A DNA stretch of 64,000 nucleotides from Candidatus Magasanikiibacteriota bacterium (GCA_052034405.1 JBPOIO010000001.1:67-64066), one strand, 5' to 3'. Positions 39,501 through 47,222 are shown, counted from the stretch's first letter. Notes: generated from the sequence alone by a model not told the origin. Translations and numbers: made by a program.

Positions 39501-41521
39501 GAATCGCCAATTTTTGCACGAACGCCCACACGTCCTGGAGACATGTTTTGAGGAACAGAACTCAAAATAGTTGCTTCATTCCATTGACGGATCGGAGCAT
39601 TGACTCCACCAAAAAGAAGCGCACTATTATTGCCACCATTTCCAAGTCCACGACCAAAGGCAGTCACTGGAGCACTTGATGATGCAATATTGGTATTTGT
39701 TGGACCAAGAACAGCACAAAGTCCAGGATGATCGTTATTACTCATTTTGAAAATACCAGCATTTGGACCAGCTTTTGGACCATGATCATCGTTACTCAAA
39801 TCTTCGTAAGCTGGTTTATCCCCTGCTGCACGAGTTTTGATACGAATTGTAGTACTTGTACCAACAGGAAGGTTTGGAATTTCTACAATCACCATGTTGT
39901 CATGCCATACATCAAGTCCATTACAAGAAGCAAATGGAGCAGGAACCCACTGATCAATACTACCATCAGCATTATTATCAATACCAAAATCTACAGAACC
40001 AGAATCTTCACCAAAAAAATTACCCAAAATAGTTGCCCAACTTCCGGGAGCACCATCCCAAGAACTTGGACTTGCACCACCGACATCAACATCCCGAATA
40101 ATAGGTCGATTCACACAAGAACCATTTTGACAATCACCACTTACACACTGCCAATTGGCATTACAAGCTCCATCACCAAGACATTTTCCACCAATATCAA
40201 TAGCTGTTTCGCCAGCATCCTGACGACCATTGTGACAAAGATCTCCATCAAGTACAAAACTTGAAGTTGCGACGGTAATATTGTGATCAATATCTGCAAC
40301 AGTGAAAGTCAAATTATACAAAGCAGGAACCGAAGCATCGGAAGCAAAAACAAGATCTTGATTCAAAGAAAAAGCTTCGTTTGAACCGCTACGAGGGCCA
40401 GAATAATATGACCAATTTACTTTTTCTCCAGCAGGATCTCTTGGTTCACTTTGAACATTCAAAGCAAGATAAGAAATACCTCCAAAAGAAATATTTTGAC
40501 CATCTTCTTTACGGCGATCTTCAAATGTTGCATTGAGATGATATTTTGCATTTCGAGGAACAATCTGCCCTTCTCTTGTATTTTTTCCATTAAAGGTAAT
40601 AGAATCAGTAATTGGAGAAAGAAGATCCAAGAAATCTCGGTTTACATTAAAAAGTGATGTTGTATCAAAAATTCCACAAGCCAATTTTGTTTGGAGTTTG
40701 AGTCCCCCGGCAACAAGATCAGGATTCACTTCAACTTTATATTCTCCAGGAGAAAGACAACTACGAGTGTCACCATCAGCATTACAAAGATTTGTGTCCT
40801 CACCAAAAAAGGCTTCTACGACCTGTCTACCAGGAAGTATTTTTATTGATTTTACAGGAATAGTATTGCTTCCTTTTGAAAGTTTGAAAATTTTATTTTT
40901 ATCTTGATTTTCATCAAGTGGACGACTAAACACAGCACGAACGATGGTATTACTCATACCTGTACCACTATTTGTTGGTGTTCGAGGAGTCAAACTTTTG
41001 ACCACAAAGGCATCGTCACCACACTCACGAGGACCCCCCGCTACTGCCTGACAGTCGGCAAAGTTGGCACAAGCAGGAACTCCTCCACGAACTCCCCCAC
41101 CATCATTAACAAGTCCCCCACTTCCCGTTGCCATGGCTAAACGTGAAATAATAAACTGTGTAATAGCAAAAGAAGACATGATAATAGCAAGTCCAATAGT
41201 AGCGTTAATCAATGTTTTTTTTGCACTCGCAATTTTTTCTTCGTTTCCACCACTCGTCATCCAGGTAAAACCAGCATACAAAATCAAAGCAACAGCAATA
41301 ATTCCCAAAAGACTAAGCGCAATACGAATAATCTTGGCAGCAATAACACGAATATCTTCACCACCAAGCGGAAGAAGACTTCCTACCTTTTGAAGTCCAA
41401 AAGGTGCATTTCCAGCCTGTGCAGAAACGTGATTAAAAGCAAGGAAAATACCACCCAAAAAGAAAACAGAAAAAAGAAAAAGAAAATATTTGCGTTTAAA
41501 TAAAGTGCCAACAAAATGCAT
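30590..41521 (-). CDS. Giant (3643 aa) surface protein: signal peptide plus T4SS-pilin-like (VirB2/TrbC-type) two-helix N-terminal domain fused to an extracellular region with many Myxococcus-type Cys-rich repeats
   Basis: Uninterrupted 10.9-kb ORF. N-terminal IRVIAAKIIRIALSLLGIIAVALILYAGFTWMTSGGNEEKIASAKKTLINATIGLAIIMSSFAITQFII has the helix-loop-helix pilin pattern. Repeats include CGNAVLEPNFGEECD, CGDGNLDPGEECE, CGNGHIDAGETCDDGN, CGDSILQISDETCDDGN and CGNAVVDAGEVCD. Confidence 0.85.
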   Translation of the reverse strand: MHFVGTLFKRKYFLFLFSVFFLGGIFLAFNHVSAQAGNAPFGLQKVGSLLPLGGEDIRVIAAKIIRIALSLLGIIAVALILYAGFTWMTSGGNEEKIASAKKTLINATIGLAIIMSSFAITQFIISRLAMATGSGGLVNDGGGVRGGVPACANFADCQAVAGGPRECGDDAFVVKSLTPRTPTNSGTGMSNTIVRAVFSRPLDENQDKNKIFKLSKGSNTIPVKSIKILPGRQVVEAFFGEDTNLCNADGDTRSCLSPGEYKVEVNPDLVAGGLKLQTKLACGIFDTTSLFNVNRDFLDLLSPITDSITFNGKNTREGQIVPRNAKYHLNATFEDRRKEDGQNISFGGISYLALNVQSEPRDPAGEKVNWSYYSGPRSGSNEAFSLNQDLVFASDASVPALYNLTFTVADIDHNITVATSSFVLDGDLCHNGRQDAGETAIDIGGKCLGDGACNANWQCVSGDCQNGSCVNRPIIRDVDVGGASPSSWDGAPGSWATILGNFFGEDSGSVDFGIDNNADGSIDQWVPAPFASCNGLDVWHDNMVIVEIPNLPVGTSTTIRIKTRAAGDKPAYEDLSNDDHGPKAGPNAGIFKMSNNDHPGLCAVLGPTNTNIASSSAPVTAFGRGLGNGGNNSALLFGGVNAPIRQWNEATILSSVPQNMSPGRVGVRAKIGDSFTNGVEFIVVDRDADLVPHIDALSPSQTSTLGSLLTISGARFGGHGVVYIAASADAALNCARTSDAAVEAACARLDLATLPEACGDTWSDNQIIGKIPSGIQLGKYYVVVKNDSNHHSDGTSNITFLPGNPLPGLCRINPNIGVAPLPNNASPLILTGINLTQNPELYFWSINSRWLTSSNNKDPLGNNVIRRVSNDGTTIETVLPVDNTGVSMITGPILARAGNEFSNSVQYNVADCTLGGDAPGVGYQCCTNGPEKGLWKPQAFACVGETRSAGYVWRFTTGLIPHVPRVLEACNIADWQDLNIDNFVRPSPSPWQNWGVGDACTDSIITVQFNMHMSEVNLNSAVRVYTCGQGDKPDCKYLPADDVTGQYSVGFLGGNQTDILELRLAPGASHRAGTWHRVILGNTLHANEPGLVEFGNNKINTSPLSLQRTLPAPVNGITAAYNFDFKTSNAACSLFGAAITPPEYTTHLLGMVQNPAFPLSDNFDAPAHPFYYFVWGRGSQACSVVDVNGKGFEWKPRQGNEEDLLSDMAYAVRSDKKDVPTTSSLYADSIRATVTALKNTANDPVVITASADTVVDGVHKVVTGSSNLFIQPGDPKAVQWWPQCNQSCTNVNIGVRFNLPMKTNTYHGALKVQKCAGPLDIGENCQNPEAPLAFHDVNAAAFDPFQYEITVDGTLDVNTLYQVTLTDQVIAFGGTLGGQAIDGKAVAPKVWKFRTKEKDGICILDKVDVVPSPFVASLVGQKTAYGASPLSAPDQCSPLGQRLNPWAYGWNWTVLGADDLPVNEAQQVATTTGFSTKGSPYAYCSGNCLPAGSDIPFGQIAYLCGNSQVDPGEDCDVATLGEIPGVSCTLNCLRPGNIHFTTSTDQSVLGLCGNAVLEPNFGEECDPGIPGEKDYCTNTCTWKGSSQKFSDAVGSLQCGNGKVGLADGGLALLGEDCDLGISLAEAGAHPSWSALGCSENCLHLGTKMARAYCEAPLCEAANCPANHSNLTRDQKQSSECLNSATICGDGNLDPGEECEKTTEPRHIKVVLPNGNIDLIEVASASTTCTNRCVLQNICDIKANISSDFSCESGTAGCNSDCTKHGSSGLYDTPSLCGNGLPELGENPRCEPANLVADPGFDQDPIQVVTAIGQGLVNPLTLMQEAKVQVQATQVRKNATTTESLRARNIIGKGDYSLQCGYVEYPTPIVENGVARSNNCPDANQGVGTNSCCQARPTRTSELPLNGTGIGEVVEANKVCRNSLIAAEFNREIDEKTISNSVLVASLHPAGYVCASANETEVTSEIGSLLALSGGEQVPGLFARIWSDVKQFFVDVFNSVVHAEVGVHLVNMISNKGTVWCTGKIVPKIDVIPLEHVGAPTTTRMNITVNDLLEANTIYAVVLRGGNSGIRDINGVGIQGNVFLNNNNRFHTDDIFVFETGSQICRVQDVDIDPSSYLFTRPNTNHDFVASVKSTTGALIVSTPSYAWQWSWEPRNNSLFTFPAIVNTDRIRISSKDLEGTIVASAQIAITADTTNVETGRVFAGLSNLTAMFCENPWPTQITYPYEDGVSLGAGNFNNDHFNLSKKIFDGASIPKINLGGKLVSLNFSTGYCADSGNSGDKTDDLPLLRPMVQGNLAASVGHCSVDGKVCHNVGECRGILAFNQIRQQQCLGVAPAVNSNLPEGTLKKFLFFNDKNDDVIGIQVFANGNRSSAREWFIEQGFSGIEKYRDIIVDGYDAISDGNNTYINVLNELEDKTVHNYIYLIGINSDAQANTRQVLEKFMAHFIFNINISERQSCLSGNGDAGQYVPANINSLPVSSVSCTNDFECRTILGTPTSTTNGICANAKSKFQRDWSRLNTIQNLENKIEDYRSANGTYPLLPAGTYIPGYTNTHWPSWGRLLTAVGNVAEPELNQWSACGHCEALQNGRQVACSTDTDCGAAPAKCILPDDSQTCWNSTDATFSCPAQSSVLEYKGVDANHYSLYLPLEYFDMNNANQRGIIQGMVSTTHYSTSLSSCGEQGLEVLRPVAGNCGNGIRDIGEACDPPGTSSVAGGAAGLVCGQGETAYHTCNAACQYDAPVCRANANCGNGHIDAGETCDDGNLNGSYGHCSLACTPPGPQNDAAHINAGFCGDAIINFNDQNHNGVKDPNEASLENCDKADPAFVNFGYCKKSGTICIGPNFSCPNVGDTCVSVNDPTYYITQQLSCSLDCQARGGYCGDSILQISDETCDDGNTNRLDGCSKFCQVENIACAQQIPQAQISIDHTDPTSHFDRNAPGTDDTLVKITYNDQTTSECINTTGDAICRGFGLECQSVAKRNIGVVGDLGWVALAGDQCAQILNSSLNKDVRIHCDGLRPNVVAEVAVAGSCGNAVVDAGEVCDTGASNGQACESEYGRTCTYCSGDCKKVLTQDPLDSCGNGKIDIDSRLSKINNVAQPEVCDIDPVTNQVIIPGGNNAPANANTTALRIFYNNDDRPAICADRGTYTCENNCQNLVTNCVSCTTSDNRGKATPKIAVLNVLTPQDINNPGANNVNTSWANSVSRYLLRVNSKTSASGVLALGGSEAWKNENVFIQEDPSAPAATRWHNYEMGVNTTDYNQSFWLLSNIHNFPFARDYGYKTSARQAGPWSANKVTIARGLETNLLCSDQYATYFNLDDVTADKFNGNRSDASISTKLSVAGAKEQYERYGSFFPYPVNAELTTIANEFVLSPAVPQGTFRVVVKWKHFADGPDVSFAPVIYNRDFLGNAARANATTEQRFAASVDVLKALSSNRANRGRNFLCSRMTSVYNGLNNAEIADLARLNIFNYWQPDACEDFYGNPQDLITQGSVFVHDSGTLQSVSAQASTIITGDSMGLLDHGYYNSPYAVFVEVISGSSTVPISAFDNLDVTVEIYEYRADQIPESSLYLPTHVYTLRSATASANAGIAKYWHVFNLVKNANRVYEVRQIHEAGFNTEFPNGAVDTSFADVLCRVPGEPCNRER

Positions 41522-41545
41522 ACAAAAAAATTATATACCTCAACT

Positions 41546-43657
41546 CTAGCCACCCGCTTGTACAGGCTGCAAAGGACTAATATCATTACTCTTTAGAGTA
41601 TTGATACAGGTTGATGTACTTGCAGATGTTCGAGGAAGTGCTGGATTTGTATATTGGACACAACCTGTATCTTGGTTGGCAGTGAAATTTTCTGGAAAAT
41701 TCACACATCCAACGTTGGCAACAACATTACCATCACTATCTTCACTATAAGTACAAACAGGAGAATCCGCGCCTTGTGGACGAACAGCTGTCCAAGGACC
41801 ACGACCAGGGTAAAAACAATTTTGTGTAATACTTTTTATACTACTTGGAATAATTGGGAAATAGTAAAAATTAGTTCCCTCTGGGCCAAATTTACGATGA
41901 TCAATTGTTACTATACTTTTATTATCAACAAGAGAAGTATCTGGTCGAAACCAAATATCACCAAGATTCGCAAATGCGGCATTTTGACCTACCAAAGTTG
42001 CTGGAAGTGGATATTCTTCCAAACTTATTTCTTCTAAACTTAAATTGGAAACACGTTTACTAAAATATAATTGAAGTGGTGCCGCCTGAGAAACACTCTC
42101 TGCATCAAGATTTGGTGTAACCTTTTCAAGAGAAGGAGCTGTTCTATCAATAGTATTTGAAATATTAAATCCCCAATAGTAATTGTCTGGATTTTTTTCT
42201 GCATCATGAATAATTTTTGGTTCATTTTGGACAAAACCAGCGCGATGTGGCTCGGCCAATTTTCCATCAGCAACATTGAGAGGACCATTGTCAAGTGCAT
42301 TTCCAGCCATATCCATAAGACCTGAAAAAGGTACGGCTTCAAAAGAGTTTCCTGCCAAAGTCAAAGCAGTACGAACAAGAACTCCATAGGAGTTGGCACA
42401 ATCAGCATTGCCAGCACAGTCAACAGGGAGACAATACATGGTCTGACCACAGCTATTTTGACCACAAGGAATATCAGAGGTAAACTCAAGTGTTTTGTAG
42501 CCATTGGAGATACGCCAATTTCCTGTAATAGTAGCAGAAGCAAAAATAATATTTGAAAAAGGTGAATTTTGACCACTCATTCCTTGGGCAACCAAAGGAT
42601 CAACAGGTTCACTGAAGTTGATTTGAACAAGACTATTTCGAGCCTCTGTAGCATTGGCATCTGGATAAACTGAAGTTACCGAAGGTGGTATTTTATCTTC
42701 AATCGTATCTGTCTGAAAAATCCAAGTATAGTGACCATGTCTATCACTTGAAAAAGCAGAAGTTTTTCCATCTTTTTTCAAGATAGAACGTGTCAAATCA
42801 ACAATATATTTTATTTTTACTTGATCACTACCGAGTGAAACAAGAGGACGAAATATAAATGTTAAAGCTTCACGATTTGGACCTTCAAAAGTAGTGAGCG
42901 CTGCCGCTTCTACAGAAGGAGTCGAAGTACTTCCTTTGATGTTGATTTTTACACTCGAAGTATTGAGCTGATCACAAAATTGTCCACTCCAATCAAATTG
43001 AGCATCATTCACATTGATACAATCTCCGAATATTTGATTATTATTGGTATCTTTAATAAGAGATGCAGGGTCGATTGCTTCACGAAATGTTACCACAATG
43101 CGAGTATTTCGAGGTACATCTTCTTGGTCACGAAGTGGATAATGGTCTTTTACAATACGACCAAGAGCACCGGACGCAGTATAAGAGTCAAAATTGAGTG
43201 CAGCACGCCCACCAGAACCATTGTCACCAAGCCCACTGCCTGTAGCATCGGAGAGAGCATTCAAAATAAACTGAGTAATGGCAAGAGAAGACATGATAAT
43301 AGCAAGACCAATAGTTGCATTGATCAATGTTTTTTTGGCAGTTCCAATCTTTTCTTCGTTTCCTCCACTCGTCATCCAAGTAAAACCTGCGTACAAAATC
43401 AAAACAACAGCAATAAGACCGAGGAGACCAAGACCAATACGAATAATCTTGGCAGCGATAATACGAATATCTTCACCACCTAAAGGAAGAAGACTTCCTA
43501 CTTTTTTTACACCAAAAGTGTCGGCTTGCGCAGAGGCAATCGACGCAAAACAAAAAATAAAAAAAGTGACTAAAAACAAACATGCGATCGTTTTAATCAC
43601 TTTTTTATTATTTCTTTTGTACAAGCGAATCCAAGGAAGCATGGGACCTGGACTCAA
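41546..43657 (-). CDS. 703-aa surface protein: same T4SS-pilin-like N-terminal domain as the upstream giant gene, fused to a different extracellular region with an SbsA/Big-like Ig domain
   Basis: N-terminal ~120 aa about 85% identical to the 3643-aa protein (GFTWMTSGGNEEKIGTAKKTLINATIGLAIIMSSLAITQF). Ig-like signature KIPPSVTSVYPDANATEARNSLVQINFSEPVDP. Confidence 0.8.
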   Translation of the reverse strand: MSPGPMLPWIRLYKRNNKKVIKTIACLFLVTFFIFCFASIASAQADTFGVKKVGSLLPLGGEDIRIIAAKIIRIGLGLLGLIAVVLILYAGFTWMTSGGNEEKIGTAKKTLINATIGLAIIMSSLAITQFILNALSDATGSGLGDNGSGGRAALNFDSYTASGALGRIVKDHYPLRDQEDVPRNTRIVVTFREAIDPASLIKDTNNNQIFGDCINVNDAQFDWSGQFCDQLNTSSVKINIKGSTSTPSVEAAALTTFEGPNREALTFIFRPLVSLGSDQVKIKYIVDLTRSILKKDGKTSAFSSDRHGHYTWIFQTDTIEDKIPPSVTSVYPDANATEARNSLVQINFSEPVDPLVAQGMSGQNSPFSNIIFASATITGNWRISNGYKTLEFTSDIPCGQNSCGQTMYCLPVDCAGNADCANSYGVLVRTALTLAGNSFEAVPFSGLMDMAGNALDNGPLNVADGKLAEPHRAGFVQNEPKIIHDAEKNPDNYYWGFNISNTIDRTAPSLEKVTPNLDAESVSQAAPLQLYFSKRVSNLSLEEISLEEYPLPATLVGQNAAFANLGDIWFRPDTSLVDNKSIVTIDHRKFGPEGTNFYYFPIIPSSIKSITQNCFYPGRGPWTAVRPQGADSPVCTYSEDSDGNVVANVGCVNFPENFTANQDTGCVQYTNPALPRTSASTSTCINTLKSNDISPLQPVQAGG
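43230..43525. repeat. ~300-bp dispersed repeat: 5' coding regions of the two pilin-domain genes (second copy 41130-41425), ~85% nt identity
   Basis: Long runs of identity, e.g. ttcttcgtttcc.ccactcgtcatcca.gtaaaacc and aatacgaataatcttggcagc, seen in both copies. Confidence 0.75.
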
Positions 43658-43666
43658 AAATTAATG

Positions 43667-44107
43667 TCAACTGGGTTTTTGTGTTGATTCGATCATCGCG
43701 CGAACACGATTACCATCAGCACGCCCAGAAAGCTCTTTCATTACCATGCCCATAAGTTGCCCGACAGTGACAACAGGGTTTTGGGAACGAATTTTTTCAA
43801 TCACGTTCTGGATATCTTCATCACCGAGCTCCGGTGGAAGAAACCTTTTTACAATTTCAATTTCTGATTTTGTTTTTTCTATCAAATCTTGTCTTGCAGC
43901 AGATTCAAAATCTTTAAGGGCATCTTGAAGCTGTTTGTTTTGACTTCGAATGATAGCAAGAACTTCTTCGTCATTGAGTTCACGTCCTTTGTCGATTTCA
44001 GTATTCCGGATAGTAGCAAAAATAAGTCGAATCACAGCAAGTGTTTCTGTGTCTTTTGACTTCATTGCTTCTTTTTGAGTATCGACAATAACAGAACGCA
44101 AAGACAT
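43667..44107 (-). CDS. yqeY: GatB/YqeY domain protein
   Basis: Family pattern of conserved hydrophobic positions throughout (...AIRLIFATIRNTEID..., ...GQLMGMVMKEL...). Confidence 0.75.
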   Translation of the reverse strand: MSLRSVIVDTQKEAMKSKDTETLAVIRLIFATIRNTEIDKGRELNDEEVLAIIRSQNKQLQDALKDFESAARQDLIEKTKSEIEIVKRFLPPELGDEDIQNVIEKIRSQNPVVTVGQLMGMVMKELSGRADGNRVRAMIESTQKPS

Positions 44108-44113
44108 ATTATT

Positions 44114-44362
44114 TTATTTTTTCTTGTTTGGATAAGTATCTTCTTCAACAGGGAGACGTCCGATTTTTTGCAAATACGCAGTTTTTGCGAGACTGTGCAA
44201 ACGTTTCACACGGCTATTTTTTCGGAAGTTTTTACTCTTTACTTCTTCGAAATATTGGATCTTTTTTGCTTGAATAATTTTTCCCGAAGACTGCCATTGT
44301 TTTTTAGCGCGTCGGAACAAACTTTCAAAAGATTCATTTTTTCTTTTTCGTACTTCTGACAC
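44114..44362 (-). CDS. rpsU: 30S ribosomal protein S21
   Basis: MSEVRKRKNESFESLFRRAKK... is S21-like (VRENE.FE.ALRRFKR). Confidence 0.7.
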   Translation of the reverse strand: MSEVRKRKNESFESLFRRAKKQWQSSGKIIQAKKIQYFEEVKSKNFRKNSRVKRLHSLAKTAYLQKIGRLPVEEDTYPNKKK

Positions 44363-44460
44363 AAATGTTCACCTCCTCAAGGTGTATTAAAATTAAATAT
44401 TTAGCTTGTTCTTAGTATACATGAAAATTTCGCAAGAGTCAAATACAAATCGTCCCCAAC

Positions 44461-45915
44461 TTATCCACGGATAATATCAATTCTATTGAGTTTTTTGAGC
44501 TCATGAGCGAGTTTTTTTTGATCGACAATTTCTTGAATCCCCGACTCCATATCACGAATAATTGCTGTACCATCTTGTACTTCTTTTTGTCCAATAATAA
44601 TCGTGTGAGTGGCTCCAATTTTGTTGGCAATTTCCATCTGAGCTTTGAGTGAAGTTTTGGCAAGATTGAAATGTACGGTTGTACCATCACGGCGAATTTC
44701 TTCTACCAAAAATAATGTTCTTCGACGTGCCTGTTCACCGAGCTGTGCAAAAAAGACTGGTAATTTTTTGATGTCTTTTCTTTCAATCATGTCTTTTTTT
44801 TCTTGACGTTCAAGTTCTATCATGACGCGTTCAATACCAATGGCAAAACCACAAGCTGGAGTAGGCACTCCACCGAGTTGCTCTACCAGTAAATTGTAGC
44901 GACCACCAGCACCAAGTGCACTTTGACTTGCTTCACTACTTTCTGGAATATAAAATTCAAAAACTGTATCAGTATAATAATCAAGTCCACGAACAAGACG
45001 AGAGTTGAGTACATATGGTATTCCCATTTCATCAAGATACTCAAGTGTTTTCATGAAAAAACTTTTTGACTCATCACTGAGCCAATCCAAAATTTGTGGT
45101 GCATCTTCAAGGACCGCTTGATCTTCAGGCTCTTTACTATCAAGTACACGAAGTGGGTTTTTGAGCAAACGTTTTTTGGATTCTTCTGAAAGTTGACCAC
45201 GACGTGAACGCAAATATCCAGTTAGCTCAACCAAATATCTTTGGCGATCTTCAACATTTCCAATACTATTCATTTGTACTTCTACATTGATTCCAAGATC
45301 ACGATAAAAATTGTATCCAACAGCAATAAGTTCAGCGTCAACTACAGGATCATGAACACCAAAAGATTCAAAACCAAATTGGTGAAATTGACGATAGCGT
45401 CCAGCCTGTGGTCGTTCGTGTCGAAACATGGAACCATTGTACCAAAGTTTCACTGGTTGCACTTGATTGTGCATACCGTGATTGATATAGGCTCTTGAGA
45501 TACTTGCTGTACCTTCTGGACGAAGCGCTACTTTGGTATCGTCGCGATCATCAAAAATATACATTTCTTTATCAACAATATCAGTCCCCTTTCCAACAGA
45601 ACGAATAAACAAATTTGAATTTTCTACAATTGGAGTTTCAATATACCCGTATCCATAGGCACGAGCAATATCTTCACCAACATGTTGAATAGAAAGCCAT
45701 TTGTCTTCGTCTTTTGGCAAAATATCTCGCATACCACGAACCAAAGCATATACAGGAGCGGCTGCTTTCTTTTTTTCATCACTTGTATGTTCATCTTTCT
45801 TTTTGACAGGCGCTACTACTTTTTTTACAGGCTTCAAAACAACTTTCTTTTTTGGAGGCACAACTTTCTTTTTTGCTGGAACTGCTTTTTTCTTTGATGG
45901 CATAAGTATGTACAA
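44461..45915 (-). CDS. hisS: Histidine--tRNA ligase with a Lys/Pro/Val-rich N-terminal extension (~45 aa)
   Basis: Class II motifs RGMRDILP, LRPEGTAS and GGRYNLL. N-terminal KKKAVPAKKKVVPPKKKVVLKPVKKVVAPVKKK. Confidence 0.88.
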   Translation of the reverse strand: MYILMPSKKKAVPAKKKVVPPKKKVVLKPVKKVVAPVKKKDEHTSDEKKKAAAPVYALVRGMRDILPKDEDKWLSIQHVGEDIARAYGYGYIETPIVENSNLFIRSVGKGTDIVDKEMYIFDDRDDTKVALRPEGTASISRAYINHGMHNQVQPVKLWYNGSMFRHERPQAGRYRQFHQFGFESFGVHDPVVDAELIAVGYNFYRDLGINVEVQMNSIGNVEDRQRYLVELTGYLRSRRGQLSEESKKRLLKNPLRVLDSKEPEDQAVLEDAPQILDWLSDESKSFFMKTLEYLDEMGIPYVLNSRLVRGLDYYTDTVFEFYIPESSEASQSALGAGGRYNLLVEQLGGVPTPACGFAIGIERVMIELERQEKKDMIERKDIKKLPVFFAQLGEQARRRTLFLVEEIRRDGTTVHFNLAKTSLKAQMEIANKIGATHTIIIGQKEVQDGTAIIRDMESGIQEIVDQKKLAHELKKLNRIDIIRG

Positions 45916-45925
45916 TTAATTACAT

Positions 45926-46546
45926 TTAGAAGTTATAGGTTGGAGAATGAAAGAGTGTAATACGATTGAATGGATAACCACGAATCCAAGTACGGCCAAC
46001 AATTGAACTTTTTGGAATAGGACCAAATTTTCGAGAGTCATAACTTTCGCCACGATTGTCCCCCATCACAAAATATTCATCGGGTCCAAGCTGAACCGTA
46101 GTAGAACCAGATGTAGTCTGATTGAGATAATTTTCTTCGACAACTTTTCCTTGAGGAAACTCATCATTGAAAATAATAACTTTGTTGTTTTCAATTTTTA
46201 TTTTTTCTCCAGGAAGACCAATAACACGTTTGAGATAATATTCTTGTTTTATGACCGGCGCCCGTAGCACAACAACCTCACCTCTCTCGGGCGCCCGCAA
46301 ATGGTAACTGAGCTCGTCAATAAGTAAATATTCACTTTCAAAGTAATTTGGCTGCATGGATTGACCTTCAACCACAAAAGGTTTGAAAAGAAAGGTTCTT
46401 ACAGCAATAATAGTAATAGCAGCCAAAACGACAACTTTTATGACCTCCAAAAAAAAGATTCCAACCGACGCAAAAAAACCACGACCTATGGGAGTCATTT
46501 CTTCTAAATTTTCTGAACTCTTTTTTTGTTCAAGGTCTTCATTCAT
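45926..46546 (-). CDS. lepB: Signal peptidase I (S26)
   Basis: GQSMQP (Ser box), KRVIGLPGE (Lys box) and GDNRGESYDSR. Confidence 0.88.
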   Translation of the reverse strand: MNEDLEQKKSSENLEEMTPIGRGFFASVGIFFLEVIKVVVLAAITIIAVRTFLFKPFVVEGQSMQPNYFESEYLLIDELSYHLRAPERGEVVVLRAPVIKQEYYLKRVIGLPGEKIKIENNKVIIFNDEFPQGKVVEENYLNQTTSGSTTVQLGPDEYFVMGDNRGESYDSRKFGPIPKSSIVGRTWIRGYPFNRITLFHSPTYNF

Positions 46547-46596
46547 AGGAAAGATATAGTCTTTTTAGTATAGCGAAGACTTTGAGAAAAATCAAG

Positions 46597-46670
46597 TGGA
46601 CCCAGGAGGATTTGAACCTCCGACCCCTTGCATGTCATGCAAGTGCTCTAACCAACTGAGCTATAAGTCC
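46597..46670 (-). tRNA. tRNA-Val (GAC)
   Basis: Minus-strand read GGACTTATAGCTCAGTTGGTTAGAGCACTTGCATGACATGCAAGGGGTCGGAGGTTCAAATCCTCCTGGGTCCA. Anticodon loop ATGACAT. Confidence 0.8.
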
Positions 46671-46706
46671 GTATAAAAAACCCGCTCTTTTAGAACGGAT
46701 TTTTTG

Positions 46707-46780
46707 TGGGCGTGCCTGGAGTCGAACCAGGGACCTCAACATTATCAGTGTTGCGCTCTAACCATCTGAGCTACACGCCC
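46707..46780 (-). tRNA. tRNA-Ile (GAT)
   Basis: Minus-strand read GGGCGTGTAGCTCAGATGGTTAGAGCGCAACACTGATAATGTTGAGGTCCCTGGTTCGACTCCAGGCACGCCCA. Confidence 0.85.
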
Positions 46781-46871
46781 ATATTTGTGCCCATAAATAT
46801 ACACCAAAAAAAAATATTCGTCAAGTGAAAAAAAACTCCCCCCAAAGGGAGAAGTTTTAATTTTGTTTTGT

Positions 46872-47222
46872 TTAGATGTTGAGGTTGTCGATTGCACTCG
46901 TATCGATATCTTCATGTGCAACGTCTTGATGAGCATCTTCTTGCATCATCATTGGAGCTCGTTGTGGACGTCCACCCTCTGGTTCGTTGATTTTGAGGTT
47001 TACTCGAGCATTATTTTTTGCTCCAACGATTTTGAGAAGTGTACGTACAGCGCGAGCAGTTTGGCCTTGACGTCCGATAACATATCCCATGTCTGTTGGA
47101 TTGATATCCAAGGTAATGAGCACGCCTCGTTCGTCTACAGTACGTGTGGTTTTGACGTCTTCCGGATGGTTGACAATCGCTTGCACAATGTACTCAACAA
47201 ACTGTTGATCTGTCATATTCAT
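46872..47222 (-). CDS. KH-domain RNA-binding protein (KhpA/YlqC-like, UPF0109) with acidic C-terminal tail
   Basis: KH core GYVIGRQGQTARAVRTLLK. Next to rpsP, as is typical. Confidence 0.75.
   Translation of the reverse strand: MNMTDQQFVEYIVQAIVNHPEDVKTTRTVDERGVLITLDINPTDMGYVIGRQGQTARAVRTLLKIVGAKNNARVNLKINEPEGGRPQRAPMMMQEDAHQDVAHEDIDTSAIDNLNI

Noticed and set aside
30590-41521. Dozens of 60-180-aa ORFs on both strands inside the 3643-aa gene (e.g. 32927..33394, 39728..40264)
   Set aside because: All nested within one uninterrupted 10.9-kb ORF with coherent repeat architecture. Alternative-frame artefacts.
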